DNA of 63,675 nucleotides, filler included, from Chiloscyllium plagiosum (Eukaryota), in NCBI RefSeq assembly GCF_004010195.1. It is 5 parts of one record of this genome, joined end to end, with 100 filler letters (N's around TTAATTAATTAA, not from the genome) between each part and the next. Parts side by side here need not be neighbours in the genome. Positions count along the whole stretch, not along the records: positions 22,880 to 43,520 come from NC_057712.1; 4 more parts are not named here. The stretch is one strand, 5' to 3'. Numbering within the stretch: position 1 is the stretch's first letter; the number at the start of each line of letters is the position of its first letter. Both the position numbers and the translations under genes were made by a program. The notes under the pieces are model-generated. The model saw nothing but the letters and a program-made list of their open reading frames with translations, was not told the origin of the DNA and searched no databases. This document shows positions 24,850-37,929 of the stretch, piece by piece.

Positions 24850-25460
24850 TCAAACCAGTGCCTGCCAAAGAAAGTAATGATGAACCTCACAAGGATTGGT
24901 GTTCAGTAAGGTTCTCAATTATGCCATAAGTGACTGGTGTAAAGATTGTGATGAGGAGAAATTGCAGGAGTATTTCAGACTTAAAAAAGAATTATTGAAG
25001 ATGAAGAATTCAGGCTTTAAGACTCATTTCATTGAAGTTTAGAGAAAGATTTTTTGAGAAAATTTATCAAGAGAACATGAGGACAGTCTGTATGAACAGC
25101 AAAGTAAGAAGCTATTTTTGGTTTCTAAAAGTAGATTAAGGTATTAAAGAGTTAGTGAAACATTCTGAAGTGTGTTTCAGAATGAGAAATAATTAAATGA
25201 AGGTTCCTTTCACTCCATGGTCAAACATGGCAAACCTTTGGGAATGAGTTCATGTCAATTTCTTTGCAGTGGAAAGAGAAATGGACCTTGTTTAGGTTGA
25301 TGGCTATAATAAGTGGGTAAATATTGAGTCTGTGCTCAGTTTCACAAGTGCTGAAACTATTGATGTTTTGAGAAGTTGGTTTGCAATTTATAGGTTGTCA
25401 GAAACATTGGTATCATTGACAGTTTGTTTCAGGAGAAATGGAAATATTTCTGAGTAAGAT
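24850..25460 (+). mobile_element. Highly decayed Gypsy integrase remnant
   Basis: Fragments resembling H..H...KVRSYFW and W..VHVNF integrase motifs with many stops. Confidence 0.4.
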
Positions 25461-26429
25461 TCATAATTTAAATTACAGACTTTATACAATGCTGATATTG
25501 AACAGAGAAGCTGTTCAAAATATTGGCCTGGATTTTCTGAGAAATGGCAATTTCATGCTGTTTTCCACCCTGTTCTTTCTTTTGTATATAATTAACGACT
25601 TCTGCTTTTCTGACAGGAGATTCCATTTCAGGTCCTTCAGAAATGCAATGTTATACTTCAAAATCTGTCAGATCTCTTGTAACAAAGCACAATTGGGGAA
25701 GGCAAACCGTGGCACCATTTCCATAGTAGTCAGTTGTTACATTCTTTAGATTAAACGTACAACATCACACACAGCCACCCTGACAATTCTGTAAAATGGG
25801 CAGTATAGAACATCAATGTAAGGTTGGGTACAAGGAAGGCATGGTGCTAGGTTAATAGGTATGTAGGGTGCCAGAAGCGTAGGGTGCCAAGTCAGTTGGG
25901 TTTCGAGGGTAGGGTGCCAAAATGTACAGTGCTAGGTAGAAAAGGTGTCAGATAAGTGATGAAGTGTTTTGGGTGAGTTGGGGAGTTATTAGAAGCATTG
26001 TATCTCTATATATCTTAAAGTTCAAGACTTAGATTTGAAAGTGTTCTGCAGAACTATTCTTCCACAAATTTGGAAGTCTGTGCTTCAGGCAATAATAAAG
26101 AGCATTCAGAATCAGATTGAATGATTGCCTTCCATACAAGCAGCAATGTAAAAATCGAAGTTCTAACTATTCTGCATGCAGCAGAATGAAGAAGAGGAAA
26201 AGAGGTCCTGGGTCATGGAGGATGCCCCTCACCAGGTAGAGGAGGCTGGAGAGCACAGACTTTGATTAAACACATGAGCAACCTGACAAGGGCCAAAAGA
26301 ACAGCTTGAACATTTCAGCATCTTAAAGGGGAAACAAACAATTCATTCCTGATATCTTTTCATAAACATTTGCCTGGCATAATACAGCTGCTGGACTAGC
26401 AATGCTAACATTAGGAGAGAGGAGGAAGA

Positions 26430-26733
26430 ATGGCACAGTGGCTCAGCACTGCTGCCTCACAGCATCTAGGTTCAATTTCAGCTTCGGGCAGCTGTCCATG
26501 TGGAGTTTGCACGTTTTCCCCATGTCTGCATGGGTTTCCTCCTGGTGCTCTGGTTTGCTCCCTCAATCCAAAGATGTGCAGGTCAGGTGAATTGGCCATG
26601 CTAAATTGCCCATAGAGTAAGGCGCATTAGTCAGAGGAGAAATGGGTCTGGGTGGGTTACTCTTCAGAGGGTCTGTGTGGACTTATTGGGCTGAAGGGCC
26701 TGTTTCCACACTGTAGAGAATCTAATCTAATCA
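26430..26733 (+). mobile_element. HE1-type SINE
   Basis: HE1 body and TAATC tail. Confidence 0.85.
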
Positions 26734-27829
26734 AGAAAAGAATCATCTTGCACCTGTAGACTGGAGGCTCGGAAAGCTACAACTGTGAATGCACACAGGT
26801 GTTACAAAAGGGGAAACCAGGGTTTTAGTGACATCAAGCAATGTACTGAGTGGTGCACCAAGGCTCTGCACACAGTTTTCTGAGAAAGGCTTGACAAAGC
26901 AGTTGCAGAAAGGATATATCCCCATCCCTGGCTGGGGGCATGGGGACTCAGTCTCAGAATAAAGACCAAAGCCATTTTAGGACTGAGACATACAGGAATT
27001 TCTTCACTCAGAGAGTAGTAAACCTTCAGAGTAGAGAATTCCCAAGAGATTTGGAGAATCAGATGTTGAGGATGTTCAACACTCACATTGATAGCCTTCT
27101 AGATATTAAAAATATCAAAGCTTAAGTGTTTAGTGTAGGAAAATGGTAGAGGTAAGATGATCCATGATCTGGTTAATTCTCTAGTTCAAATGGCTGAAAA
27201 GCCTACTCCTTGCCAGTTTCCTATGTTTCTATTTTCCTAAATAAATAGACTTCAAACTGAATTAAACTACCATTTAAATTTATTGATCCAATATGTGCAA
27301 TTTGGATCTATAGTACCACTGGAGGAAAAAATTTGGAAAATATCTGAATAGACTGCATTGCATATTCAGCCATTCAGCATTCACCCTGATTTTGCTCATC
27401 TTTCACACAGCACCATTTGCTTCACAATTCAAGACTGCCTATTTTTCATGGTGCTACGTGTCTGGCTCTCTATCTTTTCCCTCACGTTGAGCTCACTTAC
27501 CTTGGGTGTGCTCACCTTTTCAACCCTGAACCTGGGCAAGGCTGATTATTTCCTCAGTGTTTTTTTCAGTCACCTTAGCATTGTCATTCCCCACTTGCAT
27601 GACCGACATGACTTGCACAGAGACCAATAGACAGACATGAAAGGCCAAAGGCCATACACAGATCTAAGATGGAAAGGAATTGGAGGAGAGGTGAAGTGAC
27701 TGGAACCAGGTAGACCTTGTTGTCGATAAGATTCTTGTTTAGGATTGTCAATCTAGGCCAATCATGAATACCTGGGTGACCAACGTTACCAGACGATTTC
27801 ACCTCTAGTTGGTGGGGATCCCCAGTGGA

Positions 27830-29405
27830 GGGCTGTCTACCTGGGACTCCTCCCCCTTTCGCTCGGGGATCTGAGGTGGAGGGTGTTGCATGCAGCAGTC
27901 CCCTGCAACCGCAGATTGCAGTGGTTCATGGACTCCTTGCCCAAATGCTGTAGTACTGTGGAGTCCATGGACCATGTATATATGGGGTGTGGGCGCTTGC
28001 ATTCCTTTTTATTTTTCTAGAAAACCTCCTCTGCTTTTGGTTGCACTTCAGTCCCATGTTCCTGATCATGGGCACCCGGTGTGGAGGGGAGAGGGTAGGT
28101 CAGAGGATCTCCTCATAGGTCTGCTCTTGGACCTGGCCAAACTGGCCATAAACAGGTCCAGGCAGCAGGTCGTGCCCGGGTGTCCCTGGAGAAGGACCAC
28201 GCGGTGTCTGCCAACATCTTCGAGGTTTTCAGGGCGAGGTGGGCACCGCAGGGAGTGGTGTGCTTTTTTTCCCTCTCCAACTCTATTTTGATTTAATCCC
28301 TGCCTTCCACTTCACTTTTTGATCACGCAGCATTGCCCTTTGTTGAGAGGGGCATTGCTTGTCACTGGCCACTTGAGTGTTTCCTTTCTTCCTGGTGGTG
28401 GAAAATGAATAAAGATTTACACACTTGTTGTCTTTCACTATGTCTCACACCTGCACACACACACATCAGAGGAAAAAAAAATCAGAGAATTTTACCTCCA
28501 GTTGGTAGGGATCTCCAGTGGAAGACTCTCTATTTGGGAGGCCAGGCTTTCTCCCCCTCAGGGATCTGTGGTGGAGAGTACTACCACAGCAGTCCCCTGC
28601 AACTGCAGATTGTAGTAGTTCATGGACTCCAAGCCTAACTGTTATTTTTGTGGTTCTATGAAGTCTGTGGACTGTGTGTAAATTGGTTGTGGGTTTTTGC
28701 AGTCCCTTTTTAGTCTACTGTGTTTTTGGTTGCATTTCGACTCCATCCTCCTGATCTTTGGGCATCCGGTGTGGAGGTGTATGGGCAGGTTGGGGGACCT
28801 CCTTGTGGGTCTGCTCCTGGGTGTGGCTAGGCTGGCTATGAACAGGTCTAGGCAGTCGGCTGTGGAAGGTGTCATTTCAGCCGACTGTGGCTATGTTCAG
28901 GCATGTATGTCCTTGGAAAGGAACCATGTGGTGAGCAGGAAAATCGACGTTTTAGGCAAAAGCCCTTCATCAGGAATAGAGGCTGACGAAGGGCTTTTGC
29001 CTGAAACGTCGATTTTCCTGCTCCTCGGATGCAGCCTGAACTGCTGTGCTTTTCCATCACCACTCTAATCTAGAATCTGGTTTCCAGCATCTGCAGTCCT
29101 TGTTTTTACCATGTGGTGACTACCAATGCTTTTGATGCCTTTAGGGAAAGGTGGGCACCATGGGGGGTGGCTTGCTTTATTTCCCCCTCTAACATTATTT
29201 TGATTTAATCCCTACCCTCTCCCTTCAAGTTTCTTTCATATAAACATTATCCCTATCGGGCCTTGCTTGTTATTGGTTCCCTGTCACACTGGCGCTTTTC
29301 ATAGTGGAAATATTACATAAAAATATTTGCATAAATGGTGTCTTCACTGAATTCCTGCACTTACACACACAAAACAAACAGTTGTGTGGGGGTAATGAAA
29401 AAAAC
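27830..29405 (+). mobile_element. Two tandem Tx1/L1-type LINE 3' ends
   Basis: GHPVWRGEGRSEDLLIGLLLDLAKLAINRSRQ (28070) and GHPVWRCMGRLGDLLVGLLLGVARLAMNRSRQ (28760), each followed by UTR and A-rich end. Confidence 0.65.
28935..29107. mobile_element. Fold-back PLE (family B)
   Basis: Inverted hammerhead-containing arms; flanking ACCATGTGGTGA at 28923-28934 and 29108-29119. Confidence 0.8.
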
Positions 29406-30010
29406 AGGAGATTTAGAATAAAAAAAAATGGATTCAAAGTATCCTCATTTGAGGAAAAAAATATAATCAGAGGATTTAGAATCTCTTTAGGTCAGGAGGC
29501 TGGCTGGCCATAGCCAGTGTATTGAGTACAAGTAAACAAAGAGTGACTTGATGTTGGGGTACCAACCTCTGTGCAGTTATTCCAGTGGCAACGTGAGTAG
29601 GGTAAGCATTCCTGCCATTATGCCTTTTTTTTGGGAAACTTGACTTATTCGATTATGCTGTCAAAGACTTGGCCCAGTATGCAGAAAGAATGCGATATTT
29701 TTTCTGGGTAAATGACATTGGGGCAGATGAAAAGCAACAAATAATCCTTCTGATTGCATGCAGACCGCAGCATTTTTGGTTAAGGGCCTTAACTTTCCCA
29801 GAAATATCATACACTGAAACCTTCCAAGAGTTGACAGAGTTAGTTAAAGGATATTATGACCCCCAACCCTCCTCTAATACTGAGATACTATCAGTTTTAT
29901 TTGGCTGTTAGAGAACTGGGGGAATGTGCATTGGGATTTTGCTGAGGTTAAGATGGCTGGCAGAGGCATGGGTTAACACTGAATGAGATGCTGAGAAACT
30001 GTTTGGTTTT

Positions 30011-30089
30011 GTGGGTGGCACGGTGGCACAGTGGTTAGCACTGCTGCCTCACAGCGCCAGAGACCCGGGTTCAATTCCCGCCTCAGGCG
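30011..30089 (+). mobile_element. HE1 SINE tRNA head only
   Basis: GTGGCACGGTGGCACAGTGGTTAGC...GGTTCAATTCC; body and tail absent. Confidence 0.85.
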
Positions 30090-32341
30090 AGAGGCATGGG
30101 TTAACACTGAATGAGATGCTGAGAAACTGTTTGGTTAATGGGATTAATGATGTAACCATGTTGAAGTGCATCTGGACTTTAAACAGGCACTGTAGCTGGC
30201 TTTATCATTAGAAAATGTGGCAAGTGGAACATGGGAGCTACAGGGCATCCCAATAGAAGTGGACACCCTCAGTTGTCCGACTGAGCTTAGGTAATTGCAG
30301 AGCCTCACACAGAGCATATTCTGAGCAGAGGGACCATATACCACCCATAGCAGAACCCCCCAACAAAGCCGAGCCTTGGCCAAGTGGCTATAAAGTTCTT
30401 CAGGAGCTGGGCTGGCAAGCCATTGTAGTTGCTGTCAGTATGTGGACTGGAGGTAGCAGGAGTCCTACACGGCCTGGCTTGGGCAAGAAAACTTATAAGG
30501 CAGTATCCAGAAGAGTGCACATCCTGGAAAGTCCCTCTACAATGTGGATTGGCATAATTAAATTGCTTGGTGATATCCAAGTCACAACCTCTTAAAATTA
30601 AGGTTTGGTTAAATGGTCATCCAGTTCCAAAGCAGGTGATACCGCCGCAACTTCTGCAATTGCAGATACAGCTGTCTTTAACAAGATTCACTCGGCACTC
30701 CAACCCTTAAGTTTGTGCAAGAACTCAACCAGACTGAGAACGGATACTGGGGAACAATTGCAGATTAAGGGTACAACTTCAGTTCCAATCTCCTGTGAGA
30801 AGTAATTGGTGCAGTTAACACTGATGGTTGTAAAAGGCTCAGGCCCAAGCCTGTTGGGTTGGAATTGGTTGAGAAACATGCACCTGGATTGGCTGAACAT
30901 TTTTCAATCAGATAATGGCTACCTCACTAAAATCCGAGTGAAATACCCAGGAGATTTTCAGGAAGGGCTTGGTATGATCAAAGGGGTCAAAGCCAACTTA
31001 CATGTTGACCAGGAAGCAATTCTATGATTTTGCAAGGCTCACAAGGTGCCATTTCCCTTGTGGGCAAAGGTAAAGGTGAAATCAGGAGGCTGGAGAGCGA
31101 AAGGATGATCAAACCAGTGCAGTTTGCAGACTGGCCAGCACTGGTCGTACCGATTGTGAAGCCTCGCGGTTCAGTTTGCCTTAGTGGGGATTTTAAGTAA
31201 ATGGTAAACCAGCTGGATAAGCACCCGATCTCTTACATAGAGGACTTGTACACAAAATTGGCAGAATGTCTGTCCTTTGTGAAGCTGGGCATGATCCATG
31301 TCGACCTGCAATTGTGACTGGATGAATGGTCCCAGAAATATGCCACAATAAGTGTTTATACCAATATATAAAGACTGCTATTTGGGGTATTAACTTGCAC
31401 CCTTTTCCAGTGGATCATGGAGAATATTTTACAAGGGCTACCCCAAGTTGCTGTTTATCTGGATGACATGCTAATAATTGGGAAGACCATTAAAGAGCAC
31501 TTGGTGCTTAAATGTTTCTTCCGCATGGACATACACCTTAGAAGGGAAAAATGTGTGTTCCTTGCACCCAAGTGACCTTGCATCCAGAGTTGACAAAACC
31601 AGGTTACACCCATTGGAAGATAGAGGGAGAGTGATCAAAGGAGCCTCCTACATCTACATCAGAGCTTAGGTCTTTCCCTGGTTTAGTGTGTTATTACAGG
31701 AAAATTCGCATGTAACCCGACACCTGCTGTTGAAAAAGGGTCAGCTTGGAAATTGTCACATAGCTAAGACATAGCCTTTTGCGAAGTTGAAAAGTAGCTA
31801 TCATTATCTAAGGTGTTGGCCCACTATGATCCAAAGTGAGAGGTGGTGCTGACATATGGTGCCTACCCATATGGTACTGGTGTTATGTTGGCTCACCAGT
31901 GGTTCAACGAAGAAGAACACCCAAAAGCGTATGCTTCCTGGACTTTGGCCAATGCTGAACATAAAAATGCCCACATAGAGAAGGAACATTTGGCGGTCAT
32001 CTTTGATGTAGGGATGTTCCACCAGAACCTTTACGGATGGGAATTTGTCATAGTAACAGATCACTAACCCCTGCTAGTGCTACTGAAGGAAGACAAGGTA
32101 GTAATGCCCATAGCTTCCAGTAGAATTCAGCATTGGGCCCTTATTCTCAATACTTTCAACTATAAGTTAGAACACCACCCAGGAAGCCAAATGGCTAGTC
32201 TGGATGCCTTGAGCTGCCTTCCACTGGCAGCTACTTTACCAGTGTTGACTCGATTAGAAGAGTCTGTTTTGGTTTTAAAATTCTTGGACACCCTTCTGGT
32301 CACCACTGAAAATATCAGACTCTGGACACAAAAAGATCCTG

Positions 32342-35095
32342 TCACAGAGTCATACATGATACTGCATAAACAAGCCCTTCGGCCCAAAGTGGTCCATGCT
32401 GACCATGATGCCCATTCCACTTGTTTCAATTGCCCATATTTGGTCCACATCCCTCTAAACCCTTCCCATCCTTGTACCTATCCAAATGTTTTTAAATGTT
32501 GCTATTGTACCTGCCTCAACTACTTTCTCTGGCAGGATTCGCAGTTTCGGTCACCCGAGACAGAAATGGAAAGGTCTAGGAAGGGGAGGGAGGAGTCTGA
32601 TCTAGGAAAGGGACATTTACAATAAACCGACCGATTCCCACAGCTACTTAGCCTACACCTCCTCCCACCCTGCCCCCTGTAAAAACGCCATTCCATATTC
32701 CCAATTCCTTCGTCTCCGCCGCATCTGCTCCCAGGAGGACCAGTTCCAAAACCGTACAACCCAGATGGCATCCTTCTTCAAAGACCGCAATTTCCCCCCA
32801 GACGTGGTCGATGATGCCCTCCACCGCATCTCCCCCACTTCCCGCTCCTCCGCACTTGAGCCCCGCCCCTCCAACCGCCACCAGGACAGAACCCCACTGN
32901 NNNNNNNNNNNNNNNNNNNNNNNNNNNNNNNNNNNNNNNNNNNNNNNNNNNNNNNNNNNNNNNNNNNNNNNNNNNNNNNNNNNNNNNNNNNNNNNNNNNN
33001 NNNNNNNNNNNNNNNNNNNNNNNNNNNNNNNNNNNNNNNNNNNNNNNNNNNNNNNNNNNNNNNNNNNNNNNNNNNNNNNNNNNNNNNNNNNNNNNNNNNN
33101 NNNNNNNNNNNNNNNNNNNNNNNNNNNNNNNNNNNNNNNNNNNNNNNNNNNNNNNNNNNNNNNNNNNNNNNNNNNNNNNNNNNNNNNNNNNNNNNNNNNN
33201 NNNNNNNNNNNNNNNNNNNNNNNNNNNNNNNNNNNNNNNNNNNNNNNNNNNNNNNNNNNNNNNNNNNNNNNNNNNNNNNNNNNNNNNNNNNNNNNNNNNN
33301 NNNNNNNNNNNNNNNNNNNNNNNNNNNNNNNNNNNNNNNNNNNNNNNNNNNNCTCTCCGCCCCCACCCCCACTCCGACCTATCGCCCTCACCTTGGCCTC
33401 CTTCCACCTATCGCATTTCCAACACCCCTCCCCCAAGTCCCTCCTCCCTACCTTTTATCTTAGCCTGCTGGACACACTTTCCTTATTCCTGAAGAAGGGC
33501 TTATGCCCAAAACGCAATTCTCCTGTTCCTTGGATGCTGCCTGACCTGCTGCGCTTTTCCAGCAACGCATTTTCAGCTACTTCCTCTGGCAGCCCATTCC
33601 ACATACACACCACTCTCGGTGTGAAGAAATTGCCCCTCAGGTCCTTCTTAAATTATTCCCCTCTTACTTTAAACCAATGCCCTGTAGTTTTCAATTCCTC
33701 ATCCCTGGGAAAAAGACTATGTGCATTCATTATATCAATGTCCCTCAAGTGTTTATACCCCTCAATAAGGTCACCCTTTATTCCTTGGAACGTAGGAGAT
33801 TGAAGTCCTATCCTGGCCAACCCCTCCCTATAGCTCTGGCCTACTAGTACCGGCAACATCCTTCTTTGCACTTTTCCCAGTTTAACTATTTTTTTCCTGT
33901 AACAGGATGGCCAAACTGTACACAATGCTCCAAGTACGGCCTCACCAATGATTTATACAACTGTAACATAATGTCCCAACTCTTATATTCAGTGCTTTGA
34001 CCAATGAAGGCCAGCATGCTAAATGCTGCCTTCACTATCCTGTCTGTCTGTGATGCCGCTTTCAAAGAACTATGTCCTTGTACTCGAAGACCTCTCTGTC
34101 CCACAACACTCTTCAGGATCTTTATCGTTTACCATTCTGAAAATTCGAAAAGATCTGTCAGACCTGACTTCCTGCACACAAATCTATCTCTAATCAAACC
34201 TTGACTATCCAAATGCTAGTTGATCCTGTCCCTTGGTTCCTCTCCAACAATTGCCTCCCATTGATGTCAGGTTCACTGGCCGGTAGTTCCCCAGATTGTC
34301 TTTGCTACCTTTTTTAAAGAATGGAACAACTTTAGCTACCTTCCAATCTTCTGGAACTTCACCAGTGGCTAAAATTCTCTGCAAGGGCCTCTGTAGTTGC
34401 TTCCCTCGCTTCCCACAATGTCCAAAGATGGGGCCCAGAGAACTTATTCATCTTAATATGCTTTACGGCTGCAAACACCCCCTCTCTGGTAATACGTATG
34501 TGGTCCAAAACATCCCCACCTGTTTCCCTTATTTCCTTAGCACCCACGATTCTCTCTTCAGTAAACACCGAGGAGAAATATTCATTAAAAAATCTCCCCA
34601 TCTCTTGTGGCTCCACATAAAGTGACCTATTCCCTCACTTGCTGTCCTTTCAATATAGCTATAGAACTTCTTGGGATTATCTTTAACCTTGTCTGTCAGA
34701 TCTACCTCGTATCCTCTTTCTGCTCTTCTGGTTTCTCTCTTCGGTGTGCTCCTACACTTTTTATAATCATCTAGAGATTCACTTGAGCCCGTTAGCTTGA
34801 ACCCAATGTATGCCATCTTCTTTATCCTAACCAGAGTCTCAATATCCTTTGTCAGTCAGGGATCCCTAAACCTGTCAGCTTTTTCCTTCACCCTAACAGG
34901 AACGAACTGTCCCGAACTCTTGATATCACACTTTTAAAATCTTTCCATTTGCCAGTCATTTCTTTCCTTTCAAACAGACTCACCGAATTGACCTCTGCTA
35001 GATCCTGCCTAATGGCCCCAAAATTGGTCCTGCTCCAGTTTAGCAACTTAACCTGCGGACCTGTCCTATCTTTAGTCATAACTATGTTAAAACTG
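32342..35095 (-). mobile_element. CR1-type LINE nested in the Gypsy element
   Basis: LYKSLVRPYLEHCVQF, FFNEYFSSVFT, TTGHWFKVRG motifs. Confidence 0.8.
32536..33576 (+). mobile_element. PLE family B 3' part (RT thumb, gap, terminal repeat) nested in CR1
   Basis: HPAPCKNAIPYSQFLRLRRICS motif; hammerhead with GAAA>AAAA at ~33489-33512; 16-bp TSD CTACTT(T/C)CTCTGGCAG at 32520-32535 and 33577-33592. Confidence 0.85.
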
Positions 35096-35793
35096 TCCTA
35101 GTAAAACTGATATAGCTGCTGATAATGGGGGAAAACAGAAAGGCTGTTACAACGAGGATTGAAATCTTTCTGGACCAGTGAGGTCAGATCACTATATAGG
35201 ATGACATAATATTTTAGGGAACAAAAGTGATTGTCACAAGTAAAAGGCAGTAGTTGCCAACATAGGTGCCTTGGTGGGGCAGTTTCCAGAGTGCCAATAA
35301 AGACCAAAATTGCCACTGCGGTACCCCCACATTCATGGGAATAGCTGGTTAAACCCTGGACTCAGTTACATGTTCACTACACTAGACCTTTCATGGGCTC
35401 AATGCTCTTGGGGACTGTGAATGCCTATTCAAAGTGTTTGGATGTGCATAAAGTTCAGCAAACTCTGGAATGATGATTGAGAAGCTATGAGCATCATTCG
35501 CGATACATTAACTCCCAGAAATATTGGTCATGGACAATGAGGCGTCATTTACCAACAGAGATTTTGAGCATTTCCGAAAGTCGAATAGATTCAGCAGATA
35601 AGGACAGCTCCATACAATCCATTGTCCAAGGGTCTGGCAGAAAGAGCAGTCAAAACATTGAAGGTGGGTTTGAAGATGCAGCCTACAGTGTTACTCGATA
35701 CCGAAGTGTTCCATTTCCTGTTTGATTATAGGACCACCTCACACACAACAACAGGGATAGCTCCAGCAGAGTAGCTACTGGGGAGAAGACTCC

Positions 35794-37175
35794 ATAGAAC
35801 ATAGAACATTAAAGCACAGTACAGGCCCTTTGGCCCTCAACATTGCACCAAAGGGGGGGCAACGGTGCTTCAGTGGTTAGCACTGCTGCCTCACAGCGCC
35901 AGGGAACTGGCATCGATTCCAGCCTCGGGAGACTGTCTGTGTGGAGTTTGCACATTCTCCCCATGTCTGGGTTTCCTCCAGATGCTCCAGTTTCCTCCCA
36001 CATTCCAAAGATGTGCAGGTCAGGTGAATTGGCCATGCTAAAATGCCCATAGTGTTAGGTGAATTAGTCAGGGGTAAAATGTAAGGAAATAAATCTGGGT
36101 GGATTACTGTTTGGAGGGTCGGTATGGATTTATTGGGAGGAAGGGCCTGTTTCCATACTGTAGGGTAACTAATCTAATCTAAAGACTTGTGGAACCAATC
36201 TGAAACCTACCTAACTACACTATTCCATTCTTGTCCATATGCCTATCAAATGACCATTTAAATGCCCTTAAAGTTGGCGAGTCTATTACTGTTGCAGGCA
36301 GTATGTTCCACACCCCTATTACTCTCTGAGTAATGAAACTATCTCTGCCATCTGTCCTATACCTATTAGCCCTCAATTTAAAGCCATGTCCCCTTATGCT
36401 AGCCATCACCATCTGAGGAAAAGGCTTTCACTGTCCACCCTATCTAACCCTCTGATTATCTTGGATGTCTCAATTAATTCACCTCTCAACCTTGTTCTCT
36501 CTAATGAAAACAGCCTCAAATCCCTTAGCCTTTTCTCATAAAACCTTCCCTCCATACTAAGCAATATACTAGTAAATCTCCTCTCAACCCTTTCCAAAGC
36601 TTCTACATCCTTTACTATAATGCGGTGTCCAGAACTGCACGCATGCTCCAAGTGCGGCCGCACTAGAGTTTTATACAGCTGCAGCATGACCTCGTGGTTC
36701 TGAAACTCATTCCCTCTACCAATAAAAGCTAACATGTCATATGCCTTCTTAACAGCCCTACCAATCTGGGTGGCAACTTTTAAGGATCTACGTACATGGA
36801 AACTAAGATCTCTCTGCTCATCTACACTATAAGAATCTTACCATTAACCCAGTAGTCTGCATTCCTGTTGCACCGTCCCAAAGTGAATCACCTCACACTT
36901 TTTCATATTAAACTCCATTTGCCACCTCTCAGCCCAGCTCTGAAGCTTATCTATGTCCCTCTGTAACCTGCATCATTCTACAGGACTATCCATAACTTCA
37001 CCAATCTTAGTGTCAACTGCAAATTTACTAACCCATCCCTCTATGCACTCATTTGAGTCATTTATAAAAATGACAAGCAGCAGTGAACCCAAAACAGATC
37101 TTTGCAGTATATCATGAGTAACTGAACTCCAGAATGAATATTTCCCATCAACCACTACCCTCTGTCTTCTTTCCA
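35794..37175 (-). mobile_element. CR1-type LINE 3' portion containing an HE1 SINE (plus strand, ~35857-36182)
   Basis: LYKTLVRPHLE, LFSLERTRLRGELIE; ATAGAAC tail at 35794. Confidence 0.8.
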
Positions 37176-37203
37176 GTGCAATTACATCCTTCTGATAATA
37201 TGG

Positions 37204-37928
37204 TGTTATGAAGTTGAAGGTGCGTACTGTACCTGTTAGAGAGAGGGAAAGCTGTTCTGTACTGAGAGCTTGCAGGCATGCTATGTGACTGACCAGCAGT
37301 CTCAGAGTGTACTGGAAAATTGAAAATATGTAACATTTGGCTGTGAAACAAATACCTGAGTTTTGGCTGCTATTTTTACAACAATTCAAATTGAACCAAT
37401 CAGTTTAAAATTTGCCCCAGGATACTAAAAACAAATTGACTTTTAAATTTATTGTTTTGCTAGCATTGAACGAATGAGATGATCCAATGCAGAGACATTT
37501 TAAAAGTTAGCCAGTAAGAGTAACTGCATTCAAAACACCCTACATCAAACGGTGCCTTTTCATATGAAACATCTTTGCAGTAAAAAATAGAAGACGACCC
37601 AGGGAGATCTTCAGCCGAAAGAAGGAGCACACCGGAGATGACAGCCACTGTCTGGTTTTGAAATTAAGTTGATATAATATTAATATGGGTGGTTATTGGA
37701 GCAGTATATCATTACTGAGTTGGTGGCAGATAACAAGCGATTAAGAGAAAGGAAACTTAGAGTTATAAATAGTTGTTGTTTTAAGCTCACTTTTACAGTT
37801 AAAGAATAAATTGATATTTTTTCTTCAAATAGCGGAATTTAGAAGTTCTGTCACTCATACTGTAATAGATTACGAGGTGAGCTGAGCCTGTGAGTGTTTG
37901 ATTTAATTAATAGAAGGGTTCACCACCA
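37204..37928 (+). mobile_element. Solo LTR of the Gmr1-type Gypsy family
   Basis: Starts TGTTATGAAGTTGAAGG, reverse complement of the LTR ends at 53649 and 60989; homology continues along its length; interrupts a CR1. Confidence 0.8.
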
Positions 37929-37929
37929 A

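Larger units (their letters stand above)
29620..35790 (+). mobile_element. Decayed Gypsy LTR retrotransposon internal region (gag-PR-RT-RH-INT) with nested inserts
   Basis: gag-like AQYAERMRYFF; protease-like DTAATSAI..GPSLLGWNWL; RT YLDD at 31456-31467; RNase H EKEHLAVIF..VTDH; integrase 35150-35790. Confidence 0.8.
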
